From contig NC_083283.1 in the NCBI RefSeq assembly GCF_963506605.1, forward strand, positions 83,762,001 through 83,826,000: a stretch of 64,000 nucleotides of DNA, given 5' to 3'. The first letter of the stretch is position 1, and each line of letters begins with the position of its first letter. A program made the position numbers and the translations under genes. The notes under the pieces were generated by a model. That model ran no database searches. It was not told the DNA's origin and worked only from the letters and a program-made list of their open reading frames with translations. Below are positions 51,231 to 62,725 of this stretch, piece after piece. Source of the stretch: Zootoca vivipara. Taxonomy: Eukaryota.

Positions 51231-51472
51231 AGCCACAAATATCAGCAGTGTTGTCTTCTTCCTTCCTTCCTTCCTTTTTATAAATCCTTTTCTTTAATGT
51301 AGTGTAGAGCAGAGTCCAAGGAGCCCATCTGAATTGGTATTTGTGAATAGACGCTGGTGCTCTTGCATTCTGTGCTTGATAGCACCATTGTGAATCTGAC
51401 AGGCAGGGTTTTCAGTCACTCTGAGGGAGGAGCTCTGAATGTTCTTTCTTCTTAAATATTTCCCTAGGCAAC

Positions 51473-51488
51473 AGTGACCTCTAGCGAA
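51473..51488 (-). promoter_or_regulatory. CSE / promoter CTCF site of V5
   Basis: TTCGCTAGAGGTCACT with flanks shared with V2 and V3. Confidence 0.75.
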
Positions 51489-52305
51489 CGATTGTTGAAA
51501 TGGAGAAGCAGGTGACTAAACTCTATGAAATGTTTTGTGATAATTGCCTGTTCTTCAGAGATTTTATGCACTTCTGCTTTCAACTGGTTATTAAAGTCCA
51601 TTCATTCTTCTAATGTGGTGGTTCACACTACAACATTCCTGTTGCACACTCAGTTATCATAACAGCTTATATCTGAATGGGTAGACTGACTATTCCAAGA
51701 AGGGTTACACTTGTGCTGACACCAAGTGATAAGAAAGTTCTGCCAGTTAGATGCATGAAGGCTCATCCACCAATTGATATTGAAGTGATAGTACACTTGA
51801 TGATGCTCTTTTATTCTTATTGGGGGGAAAGTGTCATGTATTTTTCAAGATCAAAGTGCCTGTTATATGTAATAGCATGTAGCCCTCTCTTATTATACAC
51901 TTATCCAGCAACCTCTGGCGTGCAACTCCAGAGCCTGTAACTCTCAGAGTTGAGAGGAGTAGACACTGAATGAGTTATATAGGGACACAACAATACACAC
52001 TAGACATTGCACAGCAGATATCTGCGATGGGCCTTGCAGGTGATGCTGGAATCTTGAGCAGAGAAATGGGAGGGGAAGCAGCTTCTTAATCTTTACACAA
52101 CATTTGCTCATGTTTGCATGAAAATTCTAGTTCAGCCAATAAAAAGGGGGGGGGTGTTCTAGCAAGTGCTTTTAAAATCAACAGGAGTTAAATACCACTA
52201 TTATAAGAGTCCATAGGGCCTGAAATTGCACCCATGAAGACTTACCTGGCATCAATTACAATTTAACACAGTTGGGCTCATTTCTGAGTGAGTATGCATA
52301 GGATC

Positions 52306-52663
52306 GGGACGCGGATGGTACTGTGGTCTAAACCACAGAGCCTAGGGCTGGCCGATCAGATGGTTGGCAGTTCGAATCCTCACGACAGGGTGAGCTCCCG
52401 TTGTTCGGTCCCAGCTCCTGCCCCCCTAGCAGTTCGAAAGCACATCAAGTGCAAGTAGATAAATAGGTACCGCTCCGGCGGGAAGGTAAACGGCGTTTCC
52501 GTGTGCTGCTCTGGTTCGCCAGAAGTGGCTTAGTCATGCTGGCCACATGACCTGGAAGCTATCTGCGGACAAACACTGGCTCCCTTGGCCTATAGAGCGA
52601 GATGAGTGCACAACCCCAGAGTTGTCTGCGACTGAACTTAAGGGTCAGGGGTACCTTTACCTT
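52306..52663 (+). mobile_element. Full-length Sauria SINE with 13-bp TSD
   Basis: tRNA-like head with B box GTTCGAATCC, ACCTTT tail, TSD TATGCATAGGATC at 52293-52305 and 52664-52676. Confidence 0.92.
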
Positions 52664-55480
52664 TATGCATAGGATCAGGTGGCATATTTGAGAATTTCCA
52701 CCTAAGTCCTAACTAAATATTTGCCATTTTTTAAAAAGGTAAGAACTGTCATCGAGGGCTTTTGTTAGTTTCACAAATATAATAGCTCCCCTAATACTAG
52801 AACTCTGGTGGTGGAACTGCATTATATACAACTAAAATAGGGTTGACAAACCTACCCTGCCTTCACTGTCAGGGTCTACCCACTAAGTTCAATGGGGCTT
52901 ACTGCCAGTATGTGGGCACAGGACTGCAGCCTTAGACACACCTACGTGGTACTGAAATCAATGGGAACAGTTAGTCATGAAACCCAATTGGCTTCATTTA
53001 CTGTCCTGGCAAATATGATCCAAGATACTTTTAACCAAGCTGCATTTTCATCTTCCTGGACATTGTTCCTGCTTCACTTGTCTCTGGTGCAGTCATAGAA
53101 AAGTAATTAAAAGACCCTCTGTAAAGGATCAGAAGCACTATTTCTCTTGTGTTGCAATTTCAATTTAAGAATTACAAAGAGGATAAACAGATGAGAGACA
53201 AAGTGAAAGCATTCTGCACTTTCTTATGCTTTGGGTAATTCAGTTTACCTTCTTTCCACCCAAAGGTAAATTTTGATAAAATAGAAAAGAGGTAAACAGT
53301 AAAATTGCAATGCTCAGAATTTGACTCGGCAGGAGCTGAAAATATTTTAAATTATTACTATAAATATGGAAACATGCAAAACAATATTAAGAACTCATAA
53401 CACTAGAAGGTATTTAAATATTATTTTACATATTAGTTACCTTTCATACATTCAATGTACTCAAAAACAATTTGGAATTCCCTACAATATTGAAAAGGCT
53501 GTGGTTGATATGGAAAAGGGAATTGCAGCCATTAGTATGAAAATAGAAAAAATGGAAACAACATATACAGAATGTAAACTATTTGAGGAAACAACGCAGG
53601 AACAACACAAGAAGAATTTAAAACTTAGAAGCCTCCCAGAATACCTAGAAAGGGAGGACATAGTCACAATTTTTGAAGAACATCTATCAAATTACATACA
53701 GCTTGATAGATTATGTACAATTGGTACTGAAGTTGTTTTCAGAGGAGAAAGTAAAATCAAGACTGGCCTTAGCAATTTAAGAAAAGCAACTCATGCTAAA
53801 GTCATCTTGGTCAGTTTAATTATTCATCCTGATACTTTGAATAAGGAAAATGAATTTAAGTTTCTTACATCAATGGCCAGCTCTCTCGCTTGCTTGCTTA
53901 CTTGCTCACTCTGTCCCCTTTTAAGTTAATTATTTTGTTTGCTTTTAAAAGAGGTTAAGATTAAGACAAGGAAGGAAGCTTTAAAACTGAAAGCATATAT
54001 AGAGGAAATTTCCATGCCAGATAATGGCCACAGATATGAATACAACAAAATCAGAATAAAAAATTAAGAAGGAAGAAAACCAGAGAAGACAAATAAATGA
54101 TACTGGGGAAAGCGTTGAGCAAGATTCTCTGAAGGAAGCAAAGGAACAAACTATCTCAGATCAGTAAACTCTAATAAATCTGAAGAAGATAAAATAATTA
54201 GTGAGAACAACACTTGTTAGTGTTTTGTTTTGTTTTAATTGTTAAATGACCATAAAACAAATTCAGTAAGAACTCTCTCATTGATTGCAAGGTGCTGAAC
54301 TCTTCAATGAAATGATGGAAATTTACAAGAAAATTGTGTTCAGAAAATGCAGGTTTTATATTTTCTGCAAGAAATACAGATAAAAGCAGGGGAAATATCT
54401 GAATGAAATTAGATTAGGACAAGTCTTCACTGCTTCAGAAGTAGCAGTATTAGTTAAAAATGGGTTAATCAACAAATATTGAGAGAGGATGGGGAAAGAA
54501 CATGTTAGTATTTATTTATGGTCCACAAGGGAAATTCAATTTTAAAAATAGATTCAATTATATTTTATAATAGATACATAATTATGGCAGGTAACTTCAA
54601 TGAGCATTAATGATTTTAAAGAAATTTAAATATACCAAAAATATCTAATGATATCCAGAGAAAACTAGAGGCTCCCTTTTCTTTATCATAGGTAAGACTG
54701 ATGATAATTATTATTTAAATGGCAATTCTCCCAGCCCAGATAGTTTGCCAGATGGATGCTATAAAACCTCTTGAACAACCACTCTTATAGAATATCAATA
54801 AATCAATATGGTAAAAGAAATTGCCACTTGTGGAATATGGCAAGAATCATCATGATATCTAAACCTAATAAATACCCAGCAAACCAGGAATCTTATAGAT
54901 CTATTTCATTGTTAAACCAAGGTGTGAATATCTAGTTCTGTATTATTGCAGAAAAAGTAATATCCATCATTGTGAAGTACATAGATATTGACTGGATTCT
55001 TGAGAGACAGAAAATTAGAGAGAGATTAGAAAACTAATATGAAAATAACCTTTTCATTAATTAATAAGATAAAAAATAGTTCAAGGTGAAAAGCTAATGT
55101 GTGTGCTGTTATTTTTATATGCCAAAACAGCATTTGATAGAGTGGAGTGGAAATATCCGATAGAGGTTATGAACTATTTCAAATTGGGTTTGAATTTCGG
55201 GTCCTAGATCCAACTTTTATATCAGACACCAACAGCACAGGTACAGATGACTGGCTATCTCTTAGATCTTTTTTCACTGTATAGAAGAAATAGGCAAGGA
55301 TCCCCACTCTTACCCTTATTTTTTGTTTTAGCTTTCAAACAATTAGAGCAATTTCATTGAATTTGAGCAATTATTAAGTTAGAGCAATTATAGCAAATAG
55401 AGAAGAATTTGAAATGTATTGAATGTGGTAATTCGTACAAAAAAAATCTTGCTCTTAACGGATGGCATCTTTTAAACATT

Positions 55481-55815
55481 AAAGGGGACCCCTGACCATT
55501 AGATCCAGTCATGAATGACTCTGGGGTTGTGGCGCTCATCTCGCGTTATTGGTTGAGGGAGCCGGCGTACAGCTTCCAGGTCATGTGGCCAGCATGACTA
55601 AGCCGCTTCTGGCAAACCAAAGCAGCACACGGAAATGCCATTTACCTTCCCACCTCTTTATCTACTTGCACTTTGACGGGCTTTCGAACTGCTAGGTTGG
55701 CAGGAGCTGGGACTGAGCAACGGGAGCTCGCCCCATTGCAGGGATTCGAACCGCCAACCTTATGATCGGCAAGCCCTAGGCTCTGTGGTTTAACCCACAG
55801 CGCCACCTGCATCCC
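55481..55815 (-). mobile_element. Sauria SINE nested in the L1
   Basis: Full head and body; TSD TTTTAAACATTA at 55470-55481 and 55820-55831. Confidence 0.9.
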
Positions 55816-56902
55816 TGCATTTTAAACATTAGCACATCCTTAATACTTCTTGTAGACATCTAAAAAAGATATGAGATAGATATGGAAAAAATATCAATAT
55901 ATAAACTCTAGAAAATCTGAATGGAAAGGCCTAGCTCCAGATAAAGAGTTGAAAAAATATTGAACAAGAACAGTGGATATAACTTGGTAATCTAAACTTG
56001 TTAAAAGGTTCTTCATAATTTGTCACAATTAGAATCAATTATGAAAAATTGCACCAGGAGATGGAATCAGCATTAAGATTTTGAATCCAGTTTCCTGGAT
56101 GAGTTGTATTGCAATTGCTAAAATATCTATTTTCTATTTTTTATTCGTTTTTGCGTATTCCATTACAAGTCCCATATTTTGCAAATGTGGCATTAATCCA
56201 TTTGGGGTTCCATGGGGGAGGGAACCAATTGTTGCAGTAAAACAAACTGAACAATCTGATAACACAAACAGAAAACTATTTTAAAGAGGCAATCAAAGAC
56301 AATGCTATAGTTCCAGGAGAATTGGGAAAAGTTTGCTAGTAAACTACCATGTGTTCACAGTGCTCTAATAGGTTGGTATAAATTAAGTAAGAAAATCTTC
56401 CCAGCTTTATCACCCCACATTTCATAATATATTTCTATCACTTACACAAAGGATGATAGGGGATTTGACATTATGGTATCAAACAGAAGAGGATAGTGTT
56501 AAGAACAAAATATCCTGGCTAGAAATTAAATGATACACAAAAGTTATTAAAATTATGGGTGGTCTTCAGCCGCAATTATATTAGTATTTTCTAATAAAAG
56601 AAGCATTTCTATGTTTACTAAGAAAACATTGTGTCTCAAGGGAGGAAACTGAATTGGAAATTCTAACTAATATCAAACTGTGAACTGCTAATATGCGTTC
56701 CATAATTATGAAACTTAATAATAAAACTGGAACGTTCATAAGGAAATAGGCCAGAGACTTAAACGAGTTAACCTTGGAAGAATACAGATGGATTTGGATA
56801 GATATTTCCCTTTCAATTATATCTATGGATTTAAGGAAAACTTTTACAAGATCCAATATCAGTGGTATTTAACTCAATGTAACTCAATGTATTAAACTAA
56901 GA

Positions 56903-57528
56903 CAGAGCTTTCCAAACTTTTCATGTTGGTGACACACTTTTTAGACATGCATCATTTCGCAACACAGTAATTCAGTTTTACTAGGAAACCAGAAGTTAAA
57001 CTAACCCCTTTCCAGCCTCGGGAGGAGAGCAGGGTGTGTTCACGTGACACATCAACACACTGCAGCCAACACACTAACACAGGGGTCCCCAGACTTTCTG
57101 CGCGGCGGGCCGGTGCCCGCCGCGCCGACCGCGCGGTGGGCCGGAGGGCAGGGGAGTGCGCGCGCAGCGGGCCGGAGGGCGGGGGAGTGCGCGCCCGTGC
57201 GCATGCGCACACGCACACGGGCGGGAAAAAATCGCAAAAAATCGCTTGTGCGCATGCGTATGGGCCTCCCCCGACCCGGAAGTGCACCAGAAATGACCTC
57301 TTCCGGGTCGGGAGAGGCCCATACGCATGCGCACAAAGGATTTTCGGCGATTTTTTGCCGATTTTTTAGATCGTCGCTGCGCCGCGCGCCGTGAGAGCGG
57401 GCGGCGGCAGCGGGCGGCGGGAGTCGTCGCGGGCCGGATTGGAAGGCCGATTGGGCCGCATCCGGCCCGGGGGCCGTAGTTTGGGGACCCCTGCACTAAC
57501 ATGTCGTGACACAGTTTGGAAAGTTCCA
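56903..57528. mobile_element. Outer hAT-type MITE nested in the L1
   Basis: CAGAGCTTTCCAAACT ... AGTTTGGAAAGTTCCA TIRs; TSD AACTAAGA/TACTAAGA (7/8). Confidence 0.75.
57080..57493. mobile_element. Young CpG-rich hAT MITE nested in the outer MITE
   Basis: CAGGGGTCCCCA...TGGGGACCCCTG TIRs; perfect 8-bp TSD CACTAACA at 57072-57079 and 57494-57501. Confidence 0.9.
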
Positions 57529-57859
57529 TACTAAGATATACCCAACCACATAAGATTACGGTTGGAGATGTAGCAATCATCTTGCAGACATACATTTTGC
57601 TCAGTAATTCAGAATCATTACTGATACTCAAAAATAGGCCTTAGAAATAACCGGATATCTCTTACCAAATGATTCCTAAGTATGGTTATTGAATTATTTG
57701 GAGGGTATTGTACCAGAGGCAGATTTTGAAGCAATAATAAAATTACTGATAGCTGTAAAGTTAGTTATTGCTAAAGTTTGGAAGAAGAACACAGTACTAC
57801 CAATTCTAGACAAGTTTGAAGTAATCTGGAGAAATAGGAGAGAGGGAAATGAGCAAATA

Positions 57860-58156
57860 CAGTGGTGCCTCGACTTACAAATTTAATCCGTTCCGAAGGC
57901 ACCTTCGTAGGTCCAAAAAATTCGTAAGTCGAAAAGCGCCATTGGAAACGCGATTTCCCATAGGAATGCATTGGAAACGGAAAAATTTGTAAGTCGAAGC
58001 AACCCCATCTAAAAATTCGTAAGTCGAAAAAACCCTATCTAAAACCGCTGCAGTTTCCGTTCGGATGTCGAGAAATTCGTAAGCATGCGGACATTTGCCC
58101 CATTCGTAAGTTGAAAAATTCAGTTGTTGAGTCGTTCATAAGTCGAGGTACCACTG
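57860..58156. mobile_element. Tc1/mariner-type MITE nested in the L1
   Basis: TA|CAGTGGTGCCTCGACTTA ... TAAGTCGAGGTACCACTG|TA. Confidence 0.88.
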
Positions 58157-59091
58157 TATACAGAGTTATGGAACAATGTCAACTTTTATTATGGTTGGAA
58201 ATATAAATATGAAGATAATATATACCCTTATAATTTATTTCCACCATTGTAGTATGATATTACTTACGCCATGTGTATATTCTTTGTTTTCTTTATTTTT
58301 ATATAATTTAGTGGAAATTGTTTATGTTATATACTTAATTGTACTTATAAGTCTTATACGCTCTTTTAGATACAATAAAAATAAAAAGCCTTGCTATGTA
58401 ATTCAAAAGCAGATTCCCTCATTAAAAGTTCTGTAGAGAGATAGACAGACAGATATATCAATCTACTCTACTCACTCAAAATCCTTTTCTGCATCTGCAA
58501 GCATATAGCTATTTTTCTAGAATCCTTGTCATTCAGTACTAATTCATTAGAAATTAGCTGATCTTTTCATTGCTACTTCCATCATTTTGGCAAATTATTA
58601 AAGGATTGTTGTTTGCTTGTGACTTCATAGACAACTGGCTTCTGAACAGCAACATGCTAAAATGTCTGCCTAGAAGAAGCCCTATATTTATTTCCATAAA
58701 GCCATTTATGATATCTCAGTTGTAAACTTATTTACTCAGAAAGAAGGCACACTGATATCAGCAATTTGGATATCTGTCAGTAGAAGTGAAAGAACACAAA
58801 GCAAGCATAAGCTTTTTTAAAAAAACACACACACCAATAAATTCACTTAACACAATATAAATATGCTTTATAGTATGCTCACTACAAAATATTTCTTCTA
58901 TGTCTGTTGAATAAAATATTGCAAAACACTGCAGTAAATGTTCATCAATGCTAAACTCAGGCTAGTTGCATTGCCATCTAATCTTTTCACAAACTGGCAT
59001 CCTATAATATTTTTTTGAATAGATATTTATAATAAATATATCAGACATCAGTAACTGAAGTTCTAAGTATAGGTTTGCATACATAATTGTC

Positions 59092-59315
59092 CAGAAAGAA
59101 GATTCCACCTAAACATTAGGAAGAACTTCCTGACAGTAAGAGCTGTTCGACAGTGGAATTTGCTACCAAGGGGTGTGGTGGAGTCTCCTTCTTTGGAGGT
59201 CTTTAAGCAGAGGCTTGACAGCCATCTGTCAGGAATGCTTTGTGGTGTTTCCTGCTTGGCAGGGGGTTGGACTGGATGGCCCTTGTGGTCTCTTCCAACT
59301 CTATGATTCTATGAT
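59092..59315 (+). mobile_element. CR1 LINE 3' end
   Basis: RFHLNIRKNFLTVRAVRQWNLLP (CR1 ORF2 C-terminus) and a (ctatgatt)n tail. Confidence 0.88.
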
Positions 59316-60131
59316 CCACGATCCACAAACAGAAGTCCTTTCATTTGTGGAAATGTTATTGACCTAATGGATCTGTACGAATGGAAAAAGGGAGGCCATT
59401 TTCACCTATATTGCCTCTGCTCTATAGGTCCCTGTGAATTCTAAGACTCTCCAAAACAGCATGGAGGGTGGTGCAAATTCCTGTAGGAAAAATAGTGAAT
59501 TGGCAAAAATTGTTTCTGCCATTCCATTAGGGGAGCCTTCCCATTTGCAGAAGGACATTGAATGCAACACTCCCTGCCCCCATGCGCAAAAAAAAAGAGT
59601 TTCTCAACTCATCATTGCACAGATATTAGGACTGAGTGCCTTTTCTTTTTCTTTTACCTTAAAATACCTTGTAAAGGACCACCTTAACAGGAAAAGCTGC
59701 ATTGCGTTAAATGTGTTATTTCAGCATCCAACCACCACTTTATCAAATAAGAACAGCAGAACTTGCACCCATAGTTCCACAATATTCTCAGTGGAGGTGC
59801 ACCAAAGATCATGAGTATGAATAAACTTTGCACTTTTTATTAAAATTCTATACTGCCTTTCATCCGAAGAACATAGGGCAGTTTTAGACATAAAAACATT
59901 ACATTTTTATGATGTACATTTTAGGGTTTAACTTTGTTAGAAGCCTTTTTAACTTTGTTAGAAACTTTGGGCAGAATTTTTTTAAAAAAAACAAAACAAA
60001 AAATGTAAAGCCCCCAAAATGTTTGCTAGCTGCTGCTTTCTGTAATAGCCCATATTGCTTCAGTGTTTTCACACCAAAGTATAACAAAGAGAGAGTAACT
60101 GCAAAGATTTTAAAGATTCCATATAACTCAC

Positions 60132-62507
60132 CTCATCTGATGAATTTGAAATAAGCTCCTTTCCATTTCCTACATCCCCATTCATTGCAAATACAGGAAC
60201 ATTTGGAGTGAATACCATGAGGTCACTTTTGGCACCTGCCTCCCCACTCACACCAGCCAGGATGTGGCTGTGACGATTTGAATATGACCAGCTGCCCACT
60301 TCACTGGCACATACCAGTGTGGCTGTGCCAGGACCATACACCATGGCCTCCTTGGCCTGGCAACGGCATCGCAGGGAGATGTATACTATGATCACCAGCA
60401 GGAACAGGCTGGACACTGAGCAGATGGCAATGATCAGGTAGACGTTGACATTGTCCACCTGGGGCTTTGAGCTCCCTCCCATCCTGACAAGGTGGGCATC
60501 AGCCTGAACTGCCTGGGTGCTTGCCACAAGTGACACACTCAGGGTGGCTGTAGCTGACAGCACTGGCTTGCCATGGTCCTTCACCAACACTAAAATATTC
60601 TGGCTTCCACCACTGCCTACTGCTTCATCCAGGGCGTGTGTGGTGCTAATCTCACCACTGTAAAGCCCCACCCGCCAGGGGCCATTATTGGCTTCATGCA
60701 GCTCATAGCACAACCATGCATTGTAACCTGAGTCAGCATCCAGGGCATGGATCTTGCCCACTGCATGTCCAGCTTTTATGGGGACGACCAACATGATGGG
60801 TGACTCTGCTACTCTTGATACTTCAGGTGCATTGTCATTCTCGTCAACCACAAAAACCTGAATAGTCACATTGCCACACAGGGAAGGCAGCCCAGCATCC
60901 TTGGCCCTCACTTGGAACTCCAGCAGCTTCAGCTCCTCATAGTCCAAGGGCTGCAAAGCATAGACCTTCCCACTCTCTGAGTGAACTGAGATGTAGCTTG
61001 TCAGGGGCCAGAGCTTGTCATCAATCCAGTAGCTGATCAGGCTGTTCTCAGCCACATCTGGGTCTGAAGCAGACACTGTGAAGATGTGAGCACCTGGCGG
61101 GTTGTTCTCCTTCACAAAGACCGTGTAGGAAGGCTGAGGAAAAGCAGGTGCATTGTCATTCACATCACCAATGGGCACCAACAAGGTGCTGCTAGCCGAC
61201 AGTGATGGAATCCCTTCATCGTGAGCCATCACCACTAGCACATACTCAGCCACCTGCTCCCGATCCAGTGTTTCTTCCAACATCAGTGAGTAGTAATTCT
61301 TGAAGGTGGATACCAACTTGAAGGGAATCCCAGAAGGCCACAAGGAGCAGCTCACTTGCCCATTGGGTCCAGAGTCTCTGTCTGAGATACTAATCAAGGC
61401 CACCATAGTACCTTGTGGGGAGTCCTCAGGCACAGGCACTGAGAGAGATTTCAGTGAAAGCTGAGGGATGTTGTCATTCATGTCTAGAATCTCTATTACT
61501 ACTTTACAGTGTCCAGCCAAAGGAGGGTTGCCTTTATCTTTTGCTACAACCTGAATTTCCCACAAATTAATGTCTTCATAATCTAATGGTCCTATAACCT
61601 TGATGTCACCAGTGCTGTCACTTATTTGGAAGGTATTTTTAACTTTGGGAGGTACTAGGCTGCTAAAGGAATAAGTAACATCCTTAGAAATACCTTCATC
61701 CAAGTCTGTGGCATTGAGTGTTATTATGTGTGTTCCATTAACGGGATTCTCTGGTACTCTGACTTTGTAAACAGATTGGCTGAATAATGGAGCATTATCA
61801 TTTACATCCAATACATTTATCACAAGCTGGACTGTTCCTGTTAGCTCTGGCTTACCACCATCTGTGGCTGTCAGTAATAAATGGTGGACAGATATGTCTT
61901 CTCTGTCTAATGGTTTCTTTAATTCTAGCCCAGCAGATTTAGTGTGGTCTTCATTCGTTACTACATTCAGCTTGAAATAATCATTTGGACTGATCTTGTA
62001 AGTTAACAGAGCATTGCTGCCAATATCTGCGTCAGAAGCACTCTCCAGTGGGAAAGGAGAATGTGGCAATCTTGATTCTGCAATAATCAATGTTTGCTCT
62101 GTGACAGAGAAAATGGGGGCATTGTCATTTATGTCTGCAATCTCCACTTCCACATGGAAGACTTTCAGGGGTTTATCCACAATCACCTCCAGGTGGATGG
62201 AGCACAAAGGGCTCTTGGCACACAGCTCCTCCCTGTCTATCCGGGAATTCACAAACAAAATGCCATTCTGCAAATTTACCTTGAAATAGTCCTCATGGCC
62301 TTGAGATTCCACCTGGAACAGACGAGGCACCAGCTCACTCACCTCCAGCCCCAGGTCCTGGGCGATACGGCCCACAAAGGTGCCATGCTGGGATTCCTCC
62401 GGCACAGAATAATGGAGCTGACCGCTCCCCATTTCCCAGGCTGTGTGAAGAAGAACCAGCTGCAGCAGCCTCCTCCTCACCCAGAATTCAATCCGCATAA
62501 TAACCAT
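60132..62507 (-). CDS. PCDHA: Protocadherin-alpha variable exon V6 (792 codons)
   Basis: ATG at 62507 (TCCATGG). Six cadherin repeats and TM. Donor GAG|GTGAGT at 60132/60131. Confidence 0.95.
62038..62051 (-). promoter_or_regulatory. Degenerate exonic CTCF-like site in V6
   Basis: CCACTGGAGAGTGC (PLESA), three mismatches to CCACTAGAGGGCGC. Confidence 0.3.
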
Positions 62508-62709
62508 GGAGATTAGGATGCTTCCAAAATGTTTGTTTCAAATGCAGCTGATTCAGGTGATCTGGGGACCACCAGGGAGTAGCATCACTGGTAGAAATCT
62601 CTCTGGATCATGTAATCGTATCCAGCTGTCTCCTGTCTTTTTTCTTCAAATGCCTTTTTAAAGGTAGAGAGCTGTATTTAGAGGTTTCCAATAGGATTGT
62701 TTAGGCAAT

Positions 62710-62725
62710 TGCGACCCCGTGTGAC
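62710..62725 (-). promoter_or_regulatory. CSE / promoter CTCF site of V6
   Basis: GTCACACGGGGTCGCA ~200 bp upstream of the ATG, with upstream CTGCACTG resembling the CTCF upstream module. Confidence 0.7.

Larger units (their letters stand above)
53350..58387 (+). mobile_element. Heavily decayed, near full-length L1/Tx1-type LINE with nested insertions
   Basis: In order: ORF1-like NLKLRSLPE, endonuclease remnants (LQE, G.FN), RT remnants (P.PD, YR.ISLLN, AFDRVEW, RQG.PL.PLF), then an A-rich 3' end. Confidence 0.75.

Noticed and set aside
52306-52385. tRNA gene (A/B boxes)
   Set aside because: It is the tRNA-derived head of a Sauria SINE with body, tail and TSD.
53366-53929. 187-aa ORF as a host gene
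   Set aside because: It is the ORF1 remnant of the decayed L1, directly upstream of the endonuclease and RT remnants.
56952-57631. Cluster of overlapping 94-185 aa ORFs
   Set aside because: Artefact of the GC-rich, stop-poor MITE.
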